This document shows, in pieces, positions 53,738 to 64,000 of a stretch of DNA of 64,000 nt (position 1 is its first letter; each line of letters opens with the position of its first letter). Source of the DNA: Mobula hypostoma (taxonomy: Eukaryota). The translations under genes were made by a program, and so were the position numbers. Under the pieces are notes generated by a model. The model did not search any database, had not been told where the DNA came from, and saw only the letters and a program-made list of their open reading frames with translations. The stretch covers positions 117,118,001 through 117,182,000 of the forward strand of contig NC_086106.1 in assembly GCF_963921235.1 (NCBI RefSeq), given 5' to 3'.

Positions 53738-54721
53738 CTAAAACGAGGTGCGTTTCCACCAACGCCGATAATTTGCTTGTAAGATTCTCTGCAATGAGGC
53801 GATTACAGGGAATTGGGGCTTTTTCAACTGACCGTCCACCTGAGTTTCCTCCGCCTCCTGCGACCGGGCGCACTTCTTGGAGTGGTCTGCCGTCCCGTGC
53901 GGGCGCTCCCGGTTCTCCGCCCCGACCAGCTCCCGGAATTTGCCGGGGACCCCGCTGGCCAGGTAATGGCAGGCTTTCCTACCGCCGAAGTCACGGGCAT
54001 CCACGTCGACGTTGTAGGCGCCGATCAGTAGCTTGATGACCATCTGGTGTCCCTGCATGGCCGCCAGGTGCAAGGGTGTGTGACCCCCTCCCCCGGCCCG
54101 ACAGTTCAGGTCCAGGCGCAAGCCGCGATCTTCCGCCAGGCGCACCAGTTCCCGCAGCGCGCCGTCGTTTCCCTGCTTGGCGAGCCAGTGCGCCGCCGTC
54201 AGCCCCGTCACCGGATCCTTCCTGTTCAACAGACTGGGCACCGAGTCCAGCAGAGCGGTCAGCTTCTCCAGATCGCCTCCGGCCGCTGCCATCATCCACT
54301 CGTGCTCGGCCAGACCCTCGTCCATCGGGTCCTCTCCATCCAGCCGCTGATCTGCCGCTACTTTCCTGCTCTGCGCCCGAGCCCCCGCGCTCACGCCGGA
54401 GTCGCACCGCTCCAGCCGCAAACTTCGGCGGGAGATCCGGCGAGCTGCGAGCGACCCCGTCAGCGGCTGCGTCCGCGCCGCATTTGCGCCGACCAGTTCG
54501 TCCGTCGCTTGCAAGAAGCGACCCAGGAGGCTGGACAGGCGGTTGACGTCCTCCAAGACCCGGTCGTAGGTCGGACAGTGGCGGTCGCTGCCCTTGGTGG
54601 GCAGCGTGTCCCAGTCGTGGTCCGCAGCCACCAGCCGATCTCCCTCGGGGGTCTGAGCCAGGGGTACTCCCTTGGTGGCTGGAAGGAACCGACCGCGGCT
54701 CGCCTCGATCTTCTCAAACAT
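53738..54721 (-). CDS. SOWAHD: Ankyrin-repeat protein of the Sowah family, single exon (likely SOWAHD)
   Basis: 327-aa ORF in a CpG island with EHEWMMAAAGG, KDPVTGLTAAHWLAKQG and GGGHTPLHLAAMQGH...LIGAYNVDVDARDFGGRKACHYL ankyrin motifs; tail-to-tail with UPF3B, as SOWAHD is in mammals. Confidence 0.88.
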   Translation of the reverse strand: MFEKIEASRGRFLPATKGVPLAQTPEGDRLVAADHDWDTLPTKGSDRHCPTYDRVLEDVNRLSSLLGRFLQATDELVGANAARTQPLTGSLAARRISRRSLRLERCDSGVSAGARAQSRKVAADQRLDGEDPMDEGLAEHEWMMAAAGGDLEKLTALLDSVPSLLNRKDPVTGLTAAHWLAKQGNDGALRELVRLAEDRGLRLDLNCRAGGGGHTPLHLAAMQGHQMVIKLLIGAYNVDVDARDFGGRKACHYLASGVPGKFRELVGAENRERPHGTADHSKKCARSQEAEETQVDGQLKKPQFPVIASLQRILQANYRRWWKRTSF

Positions 54722-54779
54722 CCTGAGCCCGCTGGAGTCCTACCCCGTAAGGATCGTGCTCGGAGAGTCCAAAGTCCAA

Positions 54780-54900
54780 AATGAATTAGCGAACAAATGA
54801 GCCTTGAGTCACAGCTCGCTGCACCCCGCCCTACGGCACGCCTCCCGCGGAATTTCCATCACGCGGAAGGCCAAACAGGCGTAGGCACCCGCTGGTCTCC
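54780..54900 (-). promoter_or_regulatory. SOWAHD proximal promoter motifs
   Basis: AP-1 TGAGTCA at 54805-54811, GC box near 54824, NF-kB-like CGGAATTTCC at 54848-54857, ETS-like CGGAAG near 54864, all at the CpG island edge. Confidence 0.45.
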
Positions 54901-55129
54901 TCAAATCGGCTCTCGCTTCTACTTTCTGCTTCTCATAAACTAAAGGACATGCATCTAAATTAAAAGGGGGAAAGTTTAAAGGAGATCTTTTTTTTCTTTA
55001 CGCAGAGTGGCAACGTACTGTGTTACTGTTGTAGACAGCTAACTTATATTTCTGACTGAGCAACCTTGCGACAATTTACTTTGGGATAAATGAAGTTTTA
55101 TCTTATTTTATATCTGGGTCTATTGCCCG

Positions 55130-55490
55130 TGACCATAAAACATAGAAGCAGAATAAGGCAATTCGGCCCATCTAATCTGCCTTGCCATTCTATCACGGTT
55201 GATTGTTTAATCCCTCTTAAACCTATTCTCCTGCCTTCTCCCCGCACCTTTTGTCGCCCTTACTGATCAAATACAGTACGTGTCAACCTCCACGTTAAAT
55301 ATACCCAAAGACTTGGCCTCCACAACAGTCCTTAGCAATGAATTCCAAAGATAAATTCCGCCTGATCTCTTTTCTGAGCGACACCCTTCTATACTGAGGC
55401 TGTGCCCTCTGGTCGTTGACTCACCCACGATTGAAAACATCCACCCCACTTTCACTCTGTCTCGGCGTTTTCAATATTCGATATTGAATA
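55130..55490 (-). mobile_element. CR1 3' end
   Basis: GESTTRGHSL...LWNSL...EAKSLGIF. Confidence 0.75.
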
Positions 55491-55819
55491 TATTGATACC
55501 GACCCTTATTGAACCTATAAGACACTGTTGATAAATCTGTTTTGCAGGAAGTTTACTGTAAACTGAGTACTGTTACTTGAGTGAACAGTGCAATAGAATG
55601 GAACGGTGAGGTAGGGTTGTAGTGTTTATGATCAGAAGATATAGGAGCATATTAGGCCATTTGGCCCATCGAGTCTGCTCTGTCATTTTATCATGGTTAA
55701 TCCCATTTTCCTCTCAGCCCCAATCCTGTCACCTTTTCATTTATTCCTTTCCCAGATACATTACCTCCTTCAGAATCCATCACCACCATTTATACCCTTC
55801 AGGAAACGTTCAGAAATAT

Positions 55820-55857
55820 GAGAGAGAGAGAGAGAGGGAGAGGGAGAGGGAGAGAGA
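55820..55857 (+). repeat. (GA)n/(GGGAGA)n purine microsatellite next to the CR1 tail
   Basis: Direct inspection. Confidence 0.85.
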
Positions 55858-55862
55858 ATGAG

Positions 55863-57029
55863 AATAGAAACATAGAAACATAGAAAATAGGTGCAGGAGT
55901 AGGCCATTCGGCCCTTCGAGCCTGCACCGCCATTTATTATGATCATGGCTGATCATCCAACTCAGAACCCAGCCTTCCCTCCATACCCCCTGACCCCTGT
56001 AGCCACAAGGGCCATATCTAACTTCCTTTTAAACATAGCTAATGAACTGGCCTCAACAGTTTGCTGTGGCAGAGAATTCCACAGATTCACCACTCTCTGT
56101 GTGAAGAAGTTTTTCCTAACCTCGGTCCTAAAAGGCTTCCCCTCTATCCTCAAACTGTGACCCCTCGTTCTAGACCTCCCCAACATCGGGAACAATCTTC
56201 CTGCATCTAGCCTGTCCAATCCCTTTAGGATCTTATACGTTTCAATCAGATCCCCCCTCAATCTTCTAAATTCCAACGAGTACAAGCCCAGTTCATCCAG
56301 TCTTTCTTCATATGAAAGACCTGCCATCCCAGGAATCAATCTGGTGAACCTTCTTTGTACTCCCTCTATGGCAAGGATGTCTTTCCTCAGATTAGGGGAC
56401 CAAAACTGCACACAATACTCCAGGTGTGGTCTCACCAAGGCCTTGTACAACTGCAGTAGTACCTCCCTGCTCCTGTACTCGAATCCTCTCGCTATAAATG
56501 CCAGCATACCGTTCGCCTTTTTCACCGCCTGCTGTACCTGCATGCCCACTTTCAATGACTGGTGTATAATGACACCCAGGTCTCGTTGCACCTCCCCTTT
56601 TCCTAATCGGCCACCATTCAGATAATAATCTGTTTTCCTATTTTTGCCACCAAAGTGGATAACTTCACATTTATCCACATTAAATTGCATCTGCCATGAG
56701 TTTGCCCACTCACCCAACCTATCCAAGTCACCCTGCATCCTCTTAGCATCCTCCTCACTGCTAACACTGCCACCCAGCTTCGTGTCATCCGCAAACTTGG
56801 AGATGCTGCATTTAATTCCCTCATCCAAGTCATTAATATATATTGTAAACAACTGGGGTCCCAGCACTGAGCCTTGCGGTACCCCACTAGTCACCGCCTG
56901 CCATTCTGAAAAGGTCCCGTTTATTCCCACTCTTTGCTTCCTGTCTGCTAACCAATTCTCCACCCACACCAATACCTTACCCCCAATACCGTGTGCTTTA
57001 AGTTTGCACACTAATCTCCTATGTGGGTA
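55863..57029 (-). mobile_element. Young 5'-truncated CR1 LINE
   Basis: Uninterrupted 349-aa RT C-terminal ORF ([17 protein letters not shown]); 3' tail of 8-nt repeats (CATAGAAA on plus strand). Confidence 0.95.
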
Positions 57030-58106
57030 TGAATGAATGAATGAGAATGAAAATCCTGGGAGTGTTTATATCGACTGTTCAGTGAATCTTGTTCCCAACT
57101 CCAAACTCAGCTCCTTCCCCTCACGTTCTTTATACTGGCCCCGTTCCAAAGTTCAAAGTAAATATATGTCATCTTATATTACTGAGATTTATTTCTTGCA
57201 GGCATTTACAGGAAAATAAATGCAACAGAATTTATGAAAAATTACACATAATCAATGACAGCCGACGTGCAAAGACAAATATTAAAAATACAAAATTAAT
57301 TTTTAAAAATTAGTAAATAAATGATATTGAGAATCTGAGCTGTAGAGCCCTTGAAAGCGAGCTCCTGGGTTGTGGAATCTGTTCGGAGTTGAGGTGAGCG
57401 AAACCGGTTCAGGAGCCTGATGGTTGAAGGGTAATTAATGGCCGTTCCAGAACCTGGCGGTGTGGGATCCAAGGTTCCTGAGCCCCCTTCGCGATGGCAT
57501 CAGCGAGAAGAGAGCCTGGCCTGGCTGGTGGGAGTTCCCTCCTGCTTTCAGTCCCCATGAGGGGCTCCAACCCGTATTGTCAACCATCCGCTCCCATCCA
57601 CATCAGCGGCAACGGCGATAGGTAAAAAATAACGCGTTAACACCGCTGAGTTTATCAACCAAATGACACCAAGAACGTAAAGGGATTTGTAACCTATCTG
57701 TTCCTCCATACATGTATTATTATGAACAAAATGTTTTTGAAATAAAACACTCACTGCACAGAATCTGCCTGACCCGCTGAATTCCCCCAACAGGTTTTTT
57801 TTGCTTTAAGCTCCCCTCCCGTGACATTAACATAAGTTTAAAATAACCCCTGACTCTTTAAAGAGGAACCCGGTCACGAGAGTTCTATTAAAGCAGAACT
57901 GAAAATTCATTCAGATGCCCTGTCCAGGAAACAGCTCTAAAATAAATCTCCATGTCACCGTCAACAATCTCGTATCTCAAGATAAAACCATATCAACAAT
58001 TTATAAGCAAACAACAGGAATTCTGCAGATGCTGGAAATTCAAGCAACATACATCAAAGTTGCTGGTGAACGCAGCAGGCCAAGCAGCATCTATAGGAAG
58101 AGGCGC

Positions 58107-58142
58107 AGTCGACGTTTCAGGCCGAGACCCTTCGTCAGGACT
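58107..58142 (-). ncRNA. Minimal hammerhead ribozyme motif (inverted arm)
   Basis: Exact reverse complement of the 36-nt motif at 59648-59683. Confidence 0.82.
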
Positions 58143-59647
58143 AACTGAAGGAAGAGTGAGTAAGGGATTTGAAAGTTGGAGGGGGAGGGGGAGATGCAAA
58201 ATGATAGGAGAAGACAGGAGGGGGAGGGATGGAGCCAAGAGCTGGACAGGTGATAGGCAAAAGGGGATACGAGAGGATCATGGGACAGGAGGTCCAGGAA
58301 GAAAGACAAGGGGGGGTGACCCAGAGGATGGGCAAGAGATATATTCAGAGGGACAGAGGGAGAAAAAGGAGAGTGAGAGAAAGAATGTGTGCATAAAAAT
58401 GAGTAACAGATGGGGTACGAGGGGGAGGTGGGGCCTTAGCGGAAGTTAGAGAAGTCGATGTTCATGCCATCAGGTTGGAGGTTACCCAGACGGAATATAA
58501 GGTGTTGTTCCTCCAACCTGAGTGTGGCTTCATCTTTACAGTAGAGGAGGCCGTGGATAGACATGTCAGAATGGGAATGGGATGTGGAATTAAAATGTGT
58601 GGCCACTGGGAGATCCTGCTTTCTTGTAAGGGCATGTGTAGCACTTGTTCCGCTTACACGGATTACGCTTATGCTTACATCTCCCCCATTTCACGTACAT
58701 CTGCTCTCACTCCATCCTCCCGCCACCCCACTAGGAATAGCGTTCCCCTGGTCCTCACCTACCACCCCACCAGCCTCCGGGTCCAACATATTATTCTCCG
58801 TAACTTCCGCCACCTCCAACGGGATCCCACCACGAAGCACATCTTTCCCTCCCCCCCTCTGCATTCCGCAGGGATCGCTCCCTACACAACTCCCTTGTCC
58901 ATTCGTCCCCCCCATCCCTCCCCACTGATCTCCCTCCTGGCACTTATCCGTGTAAGCGGAACAAGTGCTACACATGCCCTTACACTTCCTCCCTTACCAC
59001 CATTCAGGGCCCCAAACAGTCCTTCCAGGTGAGGCATCACTTCACCTGTGAGTCGACTGGGGTGATATACTGCGTCCGGTGCTCCCGATGTGGCCTTTTA
59101 TATATTGGTGAGACCCGACGCAGACTGGGAGACCGCTTTGCTGAACATCTACGCTCTGTCCGCCAGAGAAAGCAGGATCTCCCAGTGGCCACACATTTTA
59201 ATTCCACATCCCATTCCCATTCTGACATGTCTATCCACGGCCTCCTCTACTGTAAAGATGAAGCCACACTCAGGTTGGAGGAACCACCTTATATTCCATC
59301 TGGGTAGCCTCCAACCTGATGGCATGAACATCGACTTCTCTAACTTCCGCTAAGGCCCCACCTCCCCCTCGTACCCCATCTGTTACTCATTTTTATGCAC
59401 ATATTCTTTCTCTCACTCTCCTTTTTCTCCCTCTGTCCCTCTGAATATACCTCTTGCCCATCCTCTGGGTCACCCCCCCCCTGTCTTTCTTCCCGGACCT
59501 CCTGTCCCATGATCCTCTCGTATCCCCTTTTGCCTATCACCTGTCCAGCTCTCGGCTCTATCCCTCCCCCTCCTGTCTTCTCCTATCATTTTGCATCTCC
59601 CCCTCCCCCTCCAGCTTTCAAATCCCTTACTCACTCTTCCTTCAGTT

Positions 59648-59683
59648 AGTCCTGACGAAGGGTCTCGGCCTGAAACGTCGACT
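59648..59683 (+). ncRNA. Minimal type I hammerhead ribozyme motif at the Penelope-like 3' end
   Basis: Stem I AGTC/GACT, CTGACGA core, stem II hairpin, GAAA, palindromic ACGT stem III, GTC cleavage triplet. Confidence 0.82.
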
Positions 59684-60229
59684 GCGCCTCTTCCTATAGA
59701 TGCTCCTTGGCCTGCTGCGTTCACCAGCAACTTTGATGTATGTTGCTTCAACAATTTATAAGACCAGTTGTTGGGGGGGGGGAGGGGCTGCTTTGTGTAA
59801 GTTCATCATGAACTGCGCAGGAAGAAGACTGATCTCAACGAGCAGGCGATGGTTCTCCCGCAATACTCTCAAAACGCTGGATGAACTCAGCAGGTCAGGC
59901 AGCATCTGGCAGGGGCTCCCATCCTCGGTTAATGGTAAGGCTCCATGGCACAAGAGAAGTTTGGGAATCCCGGGCCCAGACCAGCATCAGGACTTCAACT
60001 CGTAGTCAGTCCAGTGCTGCTGATATCTAATCTTCATTGTTAGGCGGAGTCCTCAAAATGCATGGAATGTACTAAAGGTTTAAAGGTTAAGAGCACCGAT
60101 TAAAAAAGTTAGATTAGAACACTGGAAACAAGTTAATGTGTATTCTTTTCATTTCAGTTGATGATGTAAACGGCAGATTATTTTTTGTCATTCTCCTATT
60201 GTTACTAGTGTGGTTTTTGTCTGGGTCGC

Positions 60230-60540
60230 TTACTTTCTTGCTGCCTGTTACACCGCTGGCGTTTAGGGCAGTAATGAAGGGTCCTCCATCTCCGTCTGTG
60301 TTTGGCCACTCAGATGTAGAAGGATTCTTCATTGCAGTTTCCGGAACAGTTTTCTTTTAGCAGTCCTGAGCTGAACCCCTTAACTTTGGAAGACCAGAGA
60401 ACAGCTCTTAATCTGGTCCCTACCCTTATGACCTGCTTGGCATGGGTGACCCGACCAAAAGCTCCAGCATAAAGCCCTGACTCCAGCCGACATAGCTCTC
60501 CGGGTCTCTGAGGCACACAAGCCTCCAAACCCAACTCTGG
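60230..60540. mobile_element. Non-autonomous RTE-like repeat (related copy at about 8465-8665)
   Basis: Shared CTGCTTGGCATGGG.GACCCGACCAA...CCCTGACTCCAGCC...GAGGCACAC.AGCCTCCAAAC. Confidence 0.6.
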
Positions 60541-62200
60541 ATTGTGGTCCTCTTGGATGCAAAGGAATCAGCACCAGTTATAGCCAGGTGACCTGACTGC
60601 GAGGGAGAGTTGAATGAAAGACGAGTCAAAAATGGTGGAACGACTCCACAGATCAGGTACCAGTCGATCTGAAATTACACTCTTCCTCTCTACATAGCTC
60701 GACCTGCAAAGTGTTCTCAGCATTTTTGGTTGTTGTTGCACAAATCTGGCATATATAGATTTAAACTTAGATAAGCTAAACAATAGGTAGACTGGTATTC
60801 TCACACACACACACACACCAACAATACCTACTTATGGAGTAATGAAAAACACAACACAAAATTGTACAGAAATTCCCCATCCCCTTCCTAAGTCCACCTA
60901 TTTCCCAACTAAAAGTACTTGGAATACTTGGAAACCAAGGAACCATCAAGAGGAGGAAGCCATCTGCTTCCTCAAGCCTGCCCCATCATTCAGTATGATC
61001 ATAGATCATCTTAGCATCTCTGCTGTGCCATTCCCCAGAGTCCTCAATTCCCTGATTTTCAAAAATGTACCTACAATGATCTATCATCTACATCCCACCA
61101 GAGTAGAAAATTCTGGAGATTCATCACCTTTTGTCAGGAGATATTCCCACACAGTTCCGTTTCAAAGGACTGCCCCAAACCTTGTAACTATGTGCTCTCA
61201 TTCACCACAAGAATCCCTCGTTGTCAATAATGATGTAGATGGACCTAGAACACAGTTGTGGCCTGTCCTGGGATTGGAGGCTGGTCTGTGTCTGTGAGTG
61301 GGTGGGAAAGGGGTTTGATTTGTTGTTGCTCGGGTTATTCTGCTGTGTTGGCACCAGAGAGTGTGGTGACACTTACACGCTGTCTCCAGCACATCTTTAG
61401 GTTGTATTGGTTATTAATGCAAATGGCACATTTCACTGTATGTTTTGATGTACATAGAGCAGATAACATTACAGCACAGTACAGACAGTTCAGCCCATGA
61501 TATTGCACCAGCCTTTTAATGTACACTAAGATCAATCTAAGATCTAAGATCAATCTAAGTCTTCCCGCCTACATAACCCTCCATTTTACTTTCACCCATG
61601 AAAGGGTCTCTTAAATGTCCCTAATGTCTCCCTGCCTCTAGCTCCATCCCTGACAGTGTGTTTCACGCACCCACTACTCTCTGTGTGGAAAAAACTACCT
61701 CTGACATCATCCTAAACTTTCCTCCAATCCATCACCTTAAACTTATTTCCCCTTGTATTAGTGACTTCCGCCCCGGGAAAAGTCTCTGGCTGTCCACTTG
61801 ATCTGTGCCTCTCATCATCCTGTGCATGTGATAGAGAAATGAACCTGAATCTAAAGGGAGTGAATTCCCCTTCTGGACAGGCTGTCATGTGAATGGGAAG
61901 TGATTAAATGGACATAAAAGCATTGTTGAAAAGTCTTTTCTCAAAACATTTCAATCAGCATTTTATGGAAGTAGAAGCGAAACCAGTCTGTATAACATCA
62001 TTCATCAGGAAATTAAAATAATTATGACGTTATCTGAACACATCCTGAATTAAAACAAGACGGAATTGTTTAAAGATTGAGTTAATCGGAGAGAGAGGTG
62101 ATATGGATTTCTAAGGTGCAGGAACTGACTATGTATGAAGCAGCAGCTGAGAAGATGGGAAATCTATGGATATTATCTTCTCATCCTCACCTTTGCCCTA

Positions 62201-62645
62201 CACTCAGAGGACACTTTATTAGATACAGGAGGTACCTGATAAAGTGGCCACTGAGTGTACATTTGTTGTCTTCTGCTGCTGTAGTCCATCCACTTCAAGG
62301 TCCAATACATTGGGTGTTCAGAGAAGCTCTTCTGCACACGTTTCTGATGTGTGGTTATTTGAGTTACTGTCACCTTCCTGTCAGCCTGAACCAGACTGGC
62401 CATTCTCCTCTGACTCATTATCAAGACATTTTCACCCACAAAACTGTTTCTCGCACAATCCTCCGTAAACTCTAGAGACTATTCTGATTAAAAATCCCAG
62501 GAGATGAGCAGTTTCTGAGATATTCAGACCACCCCATCTGGCACCAACAGTCATTCCACCGACAAAGTCACTTAGATCACATTTCTCCCCCAACTGAACA
62601 ACAATTGAACCTCTTGACCACGTCTGCATGCTTTTATGCATTGAG
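62201..62645 (-). mobile_element. Tc1-like transposon remnant with a double-TIR hairpin at its left end; truncated by a CR1
   Basis: CDLSDFVGGMTVGARWGGLNISETAHLLGF and RRMASLVQADRKVTVTQIT fragments; TA-CACTCAG...CTGAGTG-TA at 62199-62259. Confidence 0.78.
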
Positions 62646-64000
62646 AAGGGGAAATTGATATTGGGTGATAAGGAAATGGCTGAGGCATTGAAAGACTATT
62701 TTGTGTTGGTCTTCACGGTGGAGGACATGCCTAATATGCCAAAGAATGTTGTTATGGACGAAATGACCTCGATAAGATCACTGTCACTAAAGAGATACTG
62801 ATGAGCAAACTAGAGGGCCTAAAGGTAGATGCCCCCCTGTCCTGATGGGATGCATCCCAGGGTGCTGACGGAATTGGCGGAGGTTATAGTAGACGCATTG
62901 GTAATCATTTACCAAAATTCTCTAGACTCTGGGCAGGTCCCAGCGGATTGGAAGACAGCAAATGTCACACCACTTTTTAAAAAAGGATGTAGGCAAAAGA
63001 CGGGCAACTATAGGCCAGTCAGCTTAACATCTGTAGTCAGGAAAATGCTTGAAGCTGTCATTAAGGAAGAAATAGCGAAACATTTGGAAAAGAGTGGTTC
63101 CATTAGACAGACGCAGCATAGATTCAGAAAGGGCAGGTCCTGTTTGACAAACTTACTGGAGTTCTTTGAGGACATAGTGCGTGCAATGGATAGAGGGAAA
63201 CAGGTGGATGTCGTATACTTGGATTTCCAGAAGGTGTTCAATAAGGTGCCGCAGAAGAGACTTATAAATAAGGTATGGACACATGGAGTCAGAGGAAGTG
63301 TATTGGCATGGATAGTGGATTGGTTAACCAATAGAAGGCAGTGAGTTTGGTATAAATGGGTGTTTCTCCAGTTGGCAGTCAGTGGTGAGTGGGGTGCCGC
63401 AGGGGTCGGTGCTGGGCCCACAAATGTTTACCATTTACACTGATGATTTGGAAGAGGGGACTGAGTGTAGAGTAGCAAAATTTGCTGATGGACACTAAAC
63501 TGAGTGGAAAAGAAAATTGTACAGAGGATGTGGAGAGTCTGCAGAGGGAGATAGATAGGTTAACTGAGTGGGCCAGTGTCTGGCAGATAGAATACAATGT
63601 TGGTAAATGCAAGATCATCCACTTTGGAAGGAATAATAGAAGAGCAGATTATTATTTAAATGGTGAAAGATTGCAGCATGCTGTTGTGCAGAGGGACTTG
63701 GGAGTGCTTGTGCATGAATCACAAAAAGTTGGCTTGCAGGTACAACAGGTTATTAAGAAGGCAAACAGAATGTTGGCTTTCATTGCTAGAGGGATTGAAT
63801 TCAAGAGCAGGGAGGTCATGCTGCAACTATACAGGGTACTGGTGAGGCCGCACCTGGAGTACTGTGTGCAGTTCTGGTCTCCATACTTGAGGGAGGATAT
63901 ACTGGCTTTGGAGGCAGTGCAGAGGAGGTTCACCAGGTTGATTCCAGGGATGAAGGGGTTAATTTATGAGGAGAGATTGAGTTGCCTGGGACTATAATCT
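62646..64000 (+). mobile_element. CR1 LINE RT region, continuing beyond the window
   Basis: ORFs 62829-63344 and 63482-63997 (GNYRPVSLTS, YLDFQK, RPHLEYCVQFWSP). Confidence 0.93.

Larger units (their letters stand above)
58008..59747. mobile_element. Penelope-like element insertion (GIY-YIG, probably Neptune-type) with an inverted duplicate 3' end
   Basis: The forward part (about 58679-59747) encodes TYPCKRNKCYTC and FTCESTGVIYCVRCSRCGLLYIGETRRRLGDRFAEH (GIY-YIG). Segment 58008-58624 is a reverse-complement copy. Flanked by TCAACAATTTATAAG at 57993-58007 and 59748-59762. Confidence 0.92.

Noticed and set aside
54047-54784. 245-aa plus-strand ORF and other ORFs overlapping SOWAHD
   Set aside because: Antisense or alternative-frame shadows in GC-rich coding DNA, with no recognisable motifs.
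61526-61559. Short tandem duplication (CTAAGATCAATCTAAG units)
   Set aside because: Local slippage inside a CR1 3' fragment with no sign of function.

Overview
Vertebrate genomic DNA, most likely from a cartilaginous fish (inferred from the repeat content: HE1/V-SINE-like SINEs, abundant CR1, Rex-Babar, RTE and Penelope-like elements). Three genes can be assembled by hand with GT-AG junctions: NDUFA1 (minus strand, 3 coding exons, 70 aa), UPF3B (plus strand, 10 coding exons, about 465 aa) and single-exon SOWAHD (minus strand, 327 aa). NDUFA1 and UPF3B lie head-to-head, with ATGs about 0.5 kb apart across a promoter rich in NRF1-like motifs. Most other ORFs in the track are transposon debris. 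The most notable non-genic signal is a Penelope-like (GIY-YIG) retroelement family whose 3' end carries a 36-nt minimal type I hammerhead-ribozyme motif (AGTC-CTGACGA-AGGGTCTCGGCCT-GAAACGTC-GACT). About ten insertions are present, most flanked by 13-16 bp target-site duplications (TSDs). Four share one architecture: two outward-facing 3' ends, one with an extra tail of about 35 nt. The largest is a 1.74 kb palindrome, and several ribozyme copies lie sense in UPF3B introns. Coordinates were counted by eye, repeat boundaries are approximate, and no database searches were run.
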